Assembly: GCA_965215885.1 (NCBI GenBank)
Contig: CBDCEW010000098.1
Coordinates: 84,957-148,956 of the forward strand
Direction: 5' to 3'
From: Candidatus Moanibacter sp.
Lineage (GTDB): Bacteria; Verrucomicrobiota; Verrucomicrobiia; Opitutales; UBA2987
DNA length: 64,000 nucleotides
In this document: positions 10,069-19,165 of the stretch, one piece after another
How the letters are laid out: each line of letters starts with the position of its first letter
Numbering within the stretch: the stretch's first letter is position 1
The notes under the pieces: model-generated
What the model saw: only the letters and a program-made list of their open reading frames with translations
Database searches by the model: none
What the model was told of the DNA's origin: nothing
Program-made: the position numbers and the translations under genes

Positions 10069-10234
10069 TTAGTCGTTCCGCACCACTGAGTATATGACAT
10101 AATTGCGGAAAAAAATTACCCTCACGAAGTTGGCGGTCACTTTCTTGCGAAAACGCCTACAGATATCAACGACTTACGGTACACTATAGCCGACCCGCTC
10201 AGCGGGAAAAGCACGTGGGAATTTCTCCGCGGAA

Positions 10235-11284
10235 TCATGACATAAGGTCATTTCCCAGTGCATCCTTAAAGAGCCGGGCAATTTCGTCGGTTTCCGGACG
10301 CAATAGCAATTCCTCCCCCCTCTGCGTCCTACGAAATACTGAGACTGGCCCGCTCTCCGCGTGTCCGATAGCAGCAGTGGGAATATTCGCACTGTCAAGC
10401 GCAAGGCGAATCTTCGTCGCTTCCGAAGGCATCGCTGTTATGAGCAGGGCCCCAGAGGCAATCGAAGCGAGGGGATCTATATGAAGGACATTACAAATCC
10501 GTTGTGAGAGTAGAGGAATTGGGACGGAATCCGGATCTATGCACAAAGAACAATTCGCCGCTTCAGCTAATTCCCAAAGCGCTCCCAGGACACCCCCTTC
10601 CGTGGGATCATGCATAGAGGATATCTTACCTGCCTCCCGTGCGATTTGCGCATCTCGTATTATACTTATCCCCGGATCGTAGAGAAAACCTGAACATTCA
10701 TCTAGCTCTCCGGGCTTCATTTGATCTTCGAGCATTGCGCGACACTCTCGGGCGAGAATGGAGGTCGCCTCAATGGGCACTCCTTTTGTCAGCAGGATCT
10801 CATCTCCTGTTTGCATTCCACGCGGGGTAATAAGCTCACCCTTTTTAACTTCACCAATCATTGTGCCCACCACGATCGGTCGGTCCAATCCGTGCGTGAT
10901 CTCGGTATGCCCTCCAATAACCGCCACTCCCAACTCGAGGCAGGTCTCATAAATCTGTCGGCTGATTTCTTCCGTCGTTTTCGAAGTGGTCCCAATTTCA
11001 GGCAGGAGGAGAGTGGCGAGAAACCAACGTGGAGTGGCGCCCGTGGTTACGATATCATTGGCATTCACATGTACGCTGTACCATCCGATCTCTTCCGTCG
11101 CGAAGGTGATCGGATCCGACTTTACCACGAGCCAGACATCGCCGAAGTCCACCACAGCGCAATCCAACCCCACTCCCGGACCCAAGCGAACGCGGGGATC
11201 CGCGATTGGCATCTTAGCCAGCAAGTCCTTTAGCAAGTGGTTCGGGAGCTTTCCGGTCGGCAGCTTCCTACCATCAGGTTTCAT
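10235..11284 (-). CDS. AIR synthase-related (PurM/HypE/ThiL-like) protein
   Basis: GPGVGLDCAV, KSDPIT, NANDI, GGHTEIT, MHDPTEGG. Confidence 0.85.
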   Translation of the reverse strand: MKPDGRKLPTGKLPNHLLKDLLAKMPIADPRVRLGPGVGLDCAVVDFGDVWLVVKSDPITFATEEIGWYSVHVNANDIVTTGATPRWFLATLLLPEIGTTSKTTEEISRQIYETCLELGVAVIGGHTEITHGLDRPIVVGTMIGEVKKGELITPRGMQTGDEILLTKGVPIEATSILARECRAMLEDQMKPGELDECSGFLYDPGISIIRDAQIAREAGKISSMHDPTEGGVLGALWELAEAANCSLCIDPDSVPIPLLSQRICNVLHIDPLASIASGALLITAMPSEATKIRLALDSANIPTAAIGHAESGPVSVFRRTQRGEELLLRPETDEIARLFKDALGNDLMS

Positions 11285-11406
11285 GGTCTTTGAGTTTTTT
11301 TCAATTTTTCTTCCAGTAGGGGTCAACCTGTCATCAGAAGCCTGGTGCGAAGGATGATGCCCTTAAGAAATGTCTGTTTCTCCGCTTCGCTGAAAGTATC
11401 AGGCCT

Positions 11407-11544
11407 GAACGCCACTAACTTAAGGGATCACTACGGTGATCACCGATGTTCCCGATTCGGCCGCAAGCGACCTTCCTACAAAGACTTACGCTCGTCGTAG
11501 GAAGCTCGCTTGCGAGCGATTCCTGCCCTAAGTTGGTACCATTC
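11407..11544. repeat. ~135-bp REP-containing miniature element, copy 1
   Basis: Terminal inverted repeats (CTAACTTAAGG / CCTAAGTTGG) around a CTTCCTAC...GTAGGAAG REP pair; near-identical to 27248-27377. Confidence 0.75.
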
Positions 11545-11664
11545 ACGGCTGACCCCTTGCTTCCAACATCGAACTAAGGCATTTGCCATCACGCTAAACA
11601 TGAGACAGATTGACTTCTCCGCTCCGAGCCGAATAATACTGTCGAAGTAGGCTGTTCGTCAAAG

Positions 11665-12837
11665 ATGAAGTATCTTTCGTGGCATGCGAATCTGTTGAAT
11701 ACCGCTTCTGCAGGGTTCATAGCTCTATTATTGTCGATTGTCCCCTTTTCGACGGCCCTCTCTCAAGAGGGTACGCGTTTTGATGAGCTGGAAGCCGGTG
11801 AAGTGGTCTACTACAGAGTAAAGGTGACAAAAGTCTCCCCCCGATCCATTTCCATATTGCACTCTAAGGGTATCGCTCAAGTGATGCTCGAAGATTTAAG
11901 CCCGGAGCTTCAGGAGAGATTCGGATACAATACAACCGCGGCGGAGGTCTATCAAAAGGAACTGGACGCCCGTAATAAAGAGGCCAGGGAAGCCCGCCTC
12001 AAAGCCACCGAGAAGCGAACCAGGAAGACCCCCGAAAACGACAAAGCGGAACGTATTCTGAACAGTTTCGGGACACCTCCGGTCCTCCAGGGGCGGGTAG
12101 ATCTACGGGCCAAATTCCGTGAGCTCGAATTGATCACCAAGAGTCAAGGGCGGCGGCCGAGTTGCTCGGTCTTCGCTGTCGTGAGCGCACTCGAATTTCA
12201 AAATGCTCTCGTTTCCGGAAAACCGGAAAAACTGTCCGAAGAATACCTGATTTGGGCGACTCGGAAGACATTGGGACAGGCCTAGGCCACCTCCGCTTCG
12301 GGCACCTATCCGGTGGATGAAGAGCTGTCCTCGGGCGACGCGGATGCCGGTTTTCACCTCATCGAGGTCGTCCAAGCCCTGCGGAGTTACGGAATTCCCC
12401 TCTCCGAACAGATGCGTAACACTTACGGTAAGAGCATGGCGAAAATTGAGGACCCGTCGGAGGAGCTAATCAATGTAGCACGCACTCGCCGCAAAGTCTA
12501 CTCCTACCTGATTACGGGGAGAGATTCCGTCGCGCAGATTGATGGGATTATTCACGCCCTCAATGAGGGAGTCCCGGTAGTGATCGGGATTGGTTGGCCC
12601 CATTACAAGTCCTTAATGGAGGCGCCGATCTTAAGCGGGCAAAAACCGCGATCGGGATATGGCCATGCCGTCACCGTGGTCGGTTACAAATGTGAAACCG
12701 GCCAATACAAGGACATCCTATTCGCCTTCAAGAATTCCTATGGGCGAAGATGGGGAGTTAATGGGTACGGCTATGCTACCTATCCTTACTTGCAAAAACA
12801 CCTCACCAGCGCGGTCTTCCTCGATGTGAAGCCCTAG
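11665..12837 (+). pseudogene. Secreted papain-like (C1) cysteine peptidase split by an in-frame TAG at 12283-12285
   Basis: QGRRPSCSVFA (Cys) before the stop; GHAVTVVGY (His) and FKNSYG (Asn) after it, in the same frame. Confidence 0.8.
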
Positions 12838-12880
12838 GTCACGCTGCCCTTCGGCGCTCGGGCGACGATCTGATGAGCGA

Positions 12881-13345
12881 TCAGGTCGGTTCGAGAAAGT
12901 CGGAGAGACTCTCGTTGGATTCGCGTAAGTGTGTGCAGAGAAAACGCGCCAATCCCTTGAGCAAAATCACTCCAATCTTGGGATGTTCGTCGAGAATTTT
13001 TTCGAAGTCTGCCTTCTTCAGGGAGAGAACGGAAGATTCGGTTGTCGCCTTAACTGTCGCCGAACGGGGAAGATCATCGATCACCGACATCTCGCCAAAG
13101 GAGCTGCCATCGCTAAGCGTCGCCAGGTTGATGCTTTCGCCCCAATCCGAATCCATACTGACTTCAAGCGATCCGATTTCGATAAAGTAAACTGAATCGC
13201 CCGAATCTCCTTCGTTAAAAACCACTGCATCCGGCTCCAGGTAAAGATGCTCGACATATTGGGACACCGCTTCCAGCTGTTCGTCATCAAGTCCAGAGAA
13301 GAAAGAGAGGCCTCTGAGCTTGTTTATCGTATCATTGTCCGCCCT
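12881..13345 (-). CDS. Stand-alone cyclic-nucleotide-binding domain protein; start uncertain (upstream bound approximate)
   Basis: VFNEGDSGDSVYFI, FGEMSVID..PRSATV; homology-like frame (FFSGLDDEQL) continues upstream of GTG 13267. Confidence 0.75.
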   Translation of the reverse strand, partial: RADNDTINKLRGLSFFSGLDDEQLEAVSQYVEHLYLEPDAVVFNEGDSGDSVYFIEIGSLEVSMDSDWGESINLATLSDGSSFGEMSVIDDLPRSATVKATTESSVLSLKKADFEKILDEHPKIGVILLKGLARFLCTHLRESNESLSDFLEPT

Positions 13346-13377
13346 TTCGTTTTAATTTTCTTTAGGTTATTAGTTCC

Positions 13378-13506
13378 ATAGACGCTGACGGCAATCCAGA
13401 TTTGAGTCTTCACAGCATTCTCGGAGGTGCCGAAAAAGCTCTTGATGCGCAACTGTTTGATCCATTTGAAGAACAATTCGATCTGCCAGCGTAAACGGTA
13501 AATCAA
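13378..13506 (-). pseudogene. IS4-family transposase C-terminal fragment
   Basis: IYRLRWQIELFFKWIKQ..IKSFFGTSENAVKTQIWIA (YREK signature). Confidence 0.8.
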
Positions 13507-14045
13507 AGGGAGTCGCTAACCCGGCGCCGTCCCAAGATTAATACTGCCTACTCTTACGAAACGCCGAGCGCGATTTAGTCAGTTATCGCGAACCACTGCA
13601 AGCGGATTCGAGATTGTTTCTCAATAGGGCTTCTTGCGGAATTCTGCGCCAGTCTCGTGTAAAATTGACTTAACTGCAGTTTAGCGAATCTGATTCCCCC
13701 AACAATTGTCATTGCGAGCGTAGCGTGGCAATCCAGCATGTCGACCGCTCGAATTCGTGGATTGCTCCGGTACGTTTCAATTAGGCGACTTCCAAAGGGA
13801 GTCGCTAACCCGGCGCCGTCCCAAGATTAATACTGCCTACTCTTACGAAACGCCGAGCGCGATTTAGTCAGTTATCGCGAACCACTGCAAGCGGATTCGA
13901 GATTGTTTCTCAATAGGGCTTCTTGCGGAATTCTGGTGTAAAATTGACTTAACTGCAGTTTAGCGAATCTGATTCCCCCAACAATTGTCATTGCGAGCGT
14001 AGCGTGGCAATCCAGCATGTCGACCGCTCGAATTCGTGGATTGCT
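13504..14045. repeat. Direct duplication of ~255 bp (13504-13766 and 13793-14045)
   Basis: Copies identical except for a ~10-bp indel. Confidence 0.9.
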
Positions 14046-14110
14046 TCGTCGTTCCTCCTCGCAATGACACAGAATTGGTGCTTCATGGACGGGAGAACCA
14101 GATTCGCTAA
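13960..14110. repeat. MITE-like element enclosing a GTCATTGCGAG...CTCGCAATGAC palindromic repeat
   Basis: TIR TTAGCGAATCTG / CAGATTCGCTAA; inner hairpin 13986-14069. Confidence 0.6.
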
Positions 14111-14163
14111 TTAGATATTCGAGATTCCCGAGCTAGGAATCCGTCGGACCCGAAATAAAGAGG

Positions 14164-15639
14164 TCATCCATCGCCCAGCTCTTGCGATTTGGCCCTGGCT
14201 TCGGCAGCCCACGCCGCACATTCGCGGGCCCGGCTCTGGTAAACATCGCTGTATCTTCGGAAGTAGGCGACCTTTCCCGTATTCTCCGTCGAAATGCTTA
14301 CGGGTACGCTTGAAGCCATAGCTGCCGCGGTGACTGCGATACTGGCTACCATCTTCCTGACATTTTCCGCCTTCGCGTCTTTAATCCATTTTTCAAAAGA
14401 ATCGGCCCAGATCTGGTATTCGATAGTGGCAAATTCGAATTGCTCCAAGGCGATCCGGTACAACTCCCTCGCTGATTCGTCATCTTCGTAAGCCTCGTAG
14501 TAACCCCCGGCATGCCGGAAGGTTTTGCCGTTGACCTCGTAATTGTGTCTTATGTCGTATTCAGACCAGGGTGTGACCGTTTTCGCTTTGTTTTCTTCTA
14601 CCAGGGACGGTTCCGCACCCTTTCGTATGAGGTGGATGGCCAGCGCTGTGTGATTACCCTCCGCCGCCAGATGCAAAGGTGAATAACCGTCTTTATTTCG
14701 TGAATCGATATCCGCTCCATTCTTGAGAAGTTGGTCCGACACGATCGCGGATTGTCCAGTCGCGGCGGCGTGATGCAGAGGTGTCATTCCTTTCTTATCC
14801 CTCTCATCGACTCGACCGCCATATTTAATTAAACTCTTCACCATGGCAACCTGCCCGTTCACATCGGTTAGGCCGGGTTCTCTCTGACAGAGGACCATGA
14901 GTGGGGTATGACCACGATTGTCTTTTGCTTCGATAGCTGCTCCCTTGTGAACGAGTAACCTGAACAGTCGGTTATCCGTGATTGCCTCCTCAATTAAGAG
15001 ATGCAAGGGAGTCGATCCATCGTAGGATTGCGCGTTGACGTCGACACCATTTACAAGAAGAGCATCCGCCACTTCCACGCTCCCCATGAGAACACTCATG
15101 TGCAGGGGCGTATAGCCACCTTCGTCCCGGATTTCCAAATCACGTTTCTCTTCGATCAATTGGAGGGCCCGGCCTTCGTTTCCCCGTGTAATCTCTTCAA
15201 GGAGATTGGGGGTCGCACAACTGGAAAAAAGCAGAATTGCGGGCGCAGCCAAGCTTAGTACTCGAATTCGTAAATACGATGAGGTATGCCGAGGCGATTT
15301 CGGATGGTGGGGAAGGCGGTCGAGTCGTGCCAGGCCCGCAGGCCCTGCACGACTCGACCAACGCTGCCCAGCGCCGAAAGCGCCCGGTCCCAAAGGGATG
15401 GGGCGGCATTGGGGGTATTGCCGCGTTGCGCCGACGAGGAGAGCTCTCCAAGGCTGTCCGTCGCCGGCGCGCCTTGCACTACCCCCAATGGCGCTCCCAC
15501 ATACATCACCGTATTTACGAATTCGAGTACTTAGGACCACTTGACGTAAAAGACCTCTCCAATTTGGACGATTATTTCGCCTCTTATCCTTCACCTTACA
15601 CGAGACCAGTGCCGCTCCCATCCCTTTCGAAGGGATCAT
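14164..15639 (-). CDS. Ankyrin-repeat lipoprotein carrying a 92-codon in-frame MITE insertion in its signal region
   Basis: G.TPLH repeats (about 5); lipobox-like LFSSC; ORF reads through the 15258-15530 element. Confidence 0.75.
   Translation of the reverse strand: MIPSKGMGAALVSCKVKDKRRNNRPNWRGLLRQVVLSTRIRKYGDVCGSAIGGSARRAGDGQPWRALLVGATRQYPQCRPIPLGPGAFGAGQRWSSRAGPAGLARLDRLPHHPKSPRHTSSYLRIRVLSLAAPAILLFSSCATPNLLEEITRGNEGRALQLIEEKRDLEIRDEGGYTPLHMSVLMGSVEVADALLVNGVDVNAQSYDGSTPLHLLIEEAITDNRLFRLLVHKGAAIEAKDNRGHTPLMVLCQREPGLTDVNGQVAMVKSLIKYGGRVDERDKKGMTPLHHAAATGQSAIVSDQLLKNGADIDSRNKDGYSPLHLAAEGNHTALAIHLIRKGAEPSLVEENKAKTVTPWSEYDIRHNYEVNGKTFRHAGGYYEAYEDDESARELYRIALEQFEFATIEYQIWADSFEKWIKDAKAENVRKMVASIAVTAAAMASSVPVSISTENTGKVAYFRRYSDVYQSRARECAAWAAEARAKSQELGDG
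15258..15530. mobile_element. MITE with ~30-bp terminal inverted repeats and TTA (or CTTAG) target duplication
   Basis: GTACTCGAATTCGTAAATACGATGA...TCACCGTATTTACGAATTCGAGTAC; CTTAG at 15254-15258 and 15530-15534. Confidence 0.85.
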
Positions 15640-15744
15640 CTGATTTGCGAATTGGAGTACTGAGATTTATCGACTAGGATCATCCAAAACACAGAGAGAG
15701 ATTCAACATTCAAATGCTACTCTGATTCTCAACGATTCCTTTTC

Positions 15745-18700
15745 CTATTCGGTCACACCCGAGCCGACAAATAGCGCTCCCCCACCCGTGCCCACGAAGA
15801 TTTGATTTACAAATAGCGCTCCCCCACCCGTGCCCACGAAGATTTGATTTACATTAAGGGGATTAAATCCGGCGAACAGTACACGCGTATGGGTTAAGCC
15901 CGAATTCTCCAACGCAAAAGTACTCCCGGAATCTCGGCTGATGAAAATCCCCGCCCGATGTGATGCATCCGCATCAAAAACCTGGCCGACACCTGCGATG
16001 ACGTATCGGGGATCCCCCGGCGCCACATCCACCGCGTCGACACGTAGAGCGTCCAAAACCTTGGACCACGTAGCTCCTCCATCTCCTGACCTGAAGAGGC
16101 CTCCCGTGTGAACACCGGTTTCTTCCGAAAGAGCGAAGATTTGTGGTACGGTTGCCGCATAGATAACGCTGTCGCTCGCAACGGCCAGATCCAGGACCTG
16201 TGCGTTGGGCGCTGAATTCCCCGTCAATTTTGTCCAGGTTGCCCCACCGTCGATCGATTTGTAAACACCGCCGTCCTGAGAACCCCCGTTTGCGCTTCCA
16301 TCGGCTATTCCTGCATACAACGTGTTCGTGTTCACAGGATCGAAGGCAAGAGTCCAAACATGCACCTTATCCGTTTCGCTTATCCCACCGTCGGAGGCGG
16401 CCCAGGAAGCGCCCGCATCTGTAGAACGGAAAATCCCTTGCCCGTAGATTGCCGCAAAGATCGTTCGGGTATTCTGGGCGCCGCCCGGCAGCATCATGAG
16501 AAAAGGGCGTCCACCCACGCCGTTATTGCCGAAGGTCTGCTCGCCAAGCCGTTGCCACGTCTGGCCATCATCAATCGTTTTCCATACACTGCCAAGCGCC
16601 CAGTCGATGGCCAAATCGTTCTCACCCTGATTGCGTCCAACATAGAGAATATTAGAATTTTCCGGATCCGTCACAACGAAACAGGCACAATCGGAGTTGC
16701 CGAGATTTGGACTCTGCTGCATGTCGTCAATGCGCGTAAAGGAAGTGCCGCCGTCATCCGTTCGCCACAAGCCCATGTCGTCATAGCCGATCCACCACCG
16801 ATTTGCGTTGTTGGGATCGACTGCAATATCAAAGACTTCAATTAGTTCGGCGCCCCGGCCAATCCACGTGTTTGTCCCGCTTGGCTCCGCATACGCTTCC
16901 GTCCAGGTGGCGCCACCGTTCACACTTTTGTAAATGTGATCCGTCCCCGCGTAAATCACATTCGGGTTGGATGGCGCGACTCCGAGAAAGGCAGCGTGGA
17001 GATCGTTCCACCACCCCGGTTCGAGCCAGCCGAAATCCGTGAAATTCGACGCTTCCCATAGAAATGTCCAATTCACACTGGCTGCTGCTGCTGTCGCGTT
17101 CGTAGTCTTATAGAGACCCATGTCGATAAAAGCCGTCCCTATCTGCGTTCCAATATAGACAACATCGGGGTTGGTCGGATCGACCGCGATACGCCAGTAT
17201 GAGTAGGAGAGGGTCTCCTCATCGACCTGCACCGTGGGAAGATTACCCGTAATATCCACCCAGTTGGCAGCGCCGTCCGTGCTCCTGTAGACGCCGCCGG
17301 CGATAAACGCTGTCTCTGACTGTGTCCGTAAAGTGGCAAAAAGATGAAAGTCTCCGCCATTGACGACGCCAACGAGGCCGTGCGCTACGGGTGCTCCCGC
17401 CGTCCCATTCGGTAATCCCGAATTCGCGAAACCCCAATTCTGTCCACTGTCGGTGCTCTTCAATATCCCCTCGCCAGTGGCCGCGTAGACGACACCACTA
17501 TTGACTGTATCGAACAGCAGCGAATGCACCGGTGTTTCAGAACCGGAAAAAATCCCTGCAGACACAAGATTCCAGGAGGATCCGCCGTCGGCGGTACGGT
17601 AAATCGCGCTGAGGCCGTCATCATTCCGTTCCACATCGCCGACCCCGGCCAGGATCAGGTTCGAATCGGCCGGTGAAACGGCGATCGTTGCAACGGAGAA
17701 TCCAACCGCCTCGGCCACCGCATCGAGGATGAGCCTCTCCCAGCTCTGACCTCTGTTATCGCTTCGATAAAGTCCGCCCCACGAGGCCATATAGACGCGG
17801 TCGGGATTGCCTGGGTCGAGGTGCAACGTCTGCGATGCATAGACATCGGCGCTCAAATCACCCCGCACAAGATCACCTGAAATCCGCGAATAACTCTGTC
17901 CGCCGTCAATGCTCAAAAGCGGCCCTTCAATATCTCCACCCAGATAGATAAGATTGGGATCTGTCGGATGGATCGCGATCGACATCAAAAAGCTCCCCCC
18001 TCCCGGACCCGGGTTAGTAAACGCCAACTGCGCCGACGGGGGATCCACACCCGGCCCGATCGTCGTCAAACCATCGGTTAGAAAAAAGTTATCGGCGGCA
18101 TTGACAAACGTGTCGGTCACCGGCTGCAGCGAACCATCGCCGATATCGGTCCGCAGGGAACTGTTGGTAATCGATCTCTGCCCGTCAGTTGCTTTGATTG
18201 GAAACGTATAAACAATACCGTTTGTATCGATCTGGAGGGCGCCGGTCGTCTCCGCCAGATCCCCACCATTGATCAGGATCTCGGATATCATTGAATCCGC
18301 GCTGATCCGAATTCTGGGTTCCGATGTCCCGCTCGGCGACATATCGCCAACAAACAGAAAACTATCAACCGATATGTCTTCCGCATCGATTCCGATTACT
18401 CCGTCCATATCGGTAAACACGGCATTTGCCGCATTGATGCCGCCAATGTTTCCGGCTCCTCCCCCCGCTCCGGTCACCGTGATCGATTTGATATCCGCAA
18501 TACCGTCAACATCGCCTGTGAACGTATTGTTGTTTATCAGCGCGACATCAACTCTGGCCGTATCGTTTCCGAGCGAAAAGACCGAGAAGAATGTGAGCGA
18601 AGTGCTGTTCTCGATTGTAAATCGTGGCAGCCCCTGCACATAAGTCGTGCCCGGCTGGTTGTAGGGTGAAGGTTGCGCTCCTTGAAAATTCTCCAGATCG

Positions 18701-19017
18701 ATCGCGAGGGTCGTGTTCGCATCGTCGCTCCCGAATTCGGCGAAAATTAAGTCGCCATCTGGATCAAGAAATGAGATTCGCGTGATTTCACCTCCAATTG
18801 ATGAAAACGTCCCACTCATGCCTGAGAGTTCAAAACCGTTGTAAGTGTTGCCTTGAAACTCTGTGCCGCTGTTGACCAGCACCGCATCCCCCGATACGAG
18901 CAAATCCTGTGGATTTACGCCTGCATAAATTGGCGCGGTTGCAAAACTAAGGGACAAGCCCAAAGAAATTACTGAATAAAATCGCCTTAAAACATTCGAT
19001 ATTCTGTCTCTCCTCAT
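15745..19017 (-). CDS. Large secreted BNR/Asp-box beta-propeller protein (VPS10/GH74-like) with unassigned ~290-aa N-terminal domain
   Basis: Signal peptide; more than ten S.D.G.[ST]W Asp-box motifs from residue ~330. Confidence 0.8.
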   Translation of the reverse strand: MRRDRISNVLRRFYSVISLGLSLSFATAPIYAGVNPQDLLVSGDAVLVNSGTEFQGNTYNGFELSGMSGTFSSIGGEITRISFLDPDGDLIFAEFGSDDANTTLAIDLENFQGAQPSPYNQPGTTYVQGLPRFTIENSTSLTFFSVFSLGNDTARVDVALINNNTFTGDVDGIADIKSITVTGAGGGAGNIGGINAANAVFTDMDGVIGIDAEDISVDSFLFVGDMSPSGTSEPRIRISADSMISEILINGGDLAETTGALQIDTNGIVYTFPIKATDGQRSITNSSLRTDIGDGSLQPVTDTFVNAADNFFLTDGLTTIGPGVDPPSAQLAFTNPGPGGGSFLMSIAIHPTDPNLIYLGGDIEGPLLSIDGGQSYSRISGDLVRGDLSADVYASQTLHLDPGNPDRVYMASWGGLYRSDNRGQSWERLILDAVAEAVGFSVATIAVSPADSNLILAGVGDVERNDDGLSAIYRTADGGSSWNLVSAGIFSGSETPVHSLLFDTVNSGVVYAATGEGILKSTDSGQNWGFANSGLPNGTAGAPVAHGLVGVVNGGDFHLFATLRTQSETAFIAGGVYRSTDGAANWVDITGNLPTVQVDEETLSYSYWRIAVDPTNPDVVYIGTQIGTAFIDMGLYKTTNATAAAASVNWTFLWEASNFTDFGWLEPGWWNDLHAAFLGVAPSNPNVIYAGTDHIYKSVNGGATWTEAYAEPSGTNTWIGRGAELIEVFDIAVDPNNANRWWIGYDDMGLWRTDDGGTSFTRIDDMQQSPNLGNSDCACFVVTDPENSNILYVGRNQGENDLAIDWALGSVWKTIDDGQTWQRLGEQTFGNNGVGGRPFLMMLPGGAQNTRTIFAAIYGQGIFRSTDAGASWAASDGGISETDKVHVWTLAFDPVNTNTLYAGIADGSANGGSQDGGVYKSIDGGATWTKLTGNSAPNAQVLDLAVASDSVIYAATVPQIFALSEETGVHTGGLFRSGDGGATWSKVLDALRVDAVDVAPGDPRYVIAGVGQVFDADASHRAGIFISRDSGSTFALENSGLTHTRVLFAGFNPLNVNQIFVGTGGGALFVNQIFVGTGGGALFVGSGVTE
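15767..15853. repeat. Exact 42-bp tandem duplication (NQIFVGTGGGALFV x2)
   Basis: Period 42 read directly. Confidence 0.9.
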
Positions 19018-19165
19018 TTTCGTCCTCCCTTCGTCAGGTTCTAATGCGCGTATTTACTCCTTTTGTCCCCACCAGACGAGTTGTTTTCGTAACCAAGTCG
19101 GCCTGGGAGCCTATCGGACTTTGACGGCGGGCTCCTAGACTGTTTCTCTTTCAGCTTTCTGAGAT

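Noticed and set aside
13504..14110. Possible CRISPR array (also considered at 63383-63499)
   Set aside because: Only two long units, no repeat-spacer alternation, no cas genes in the window
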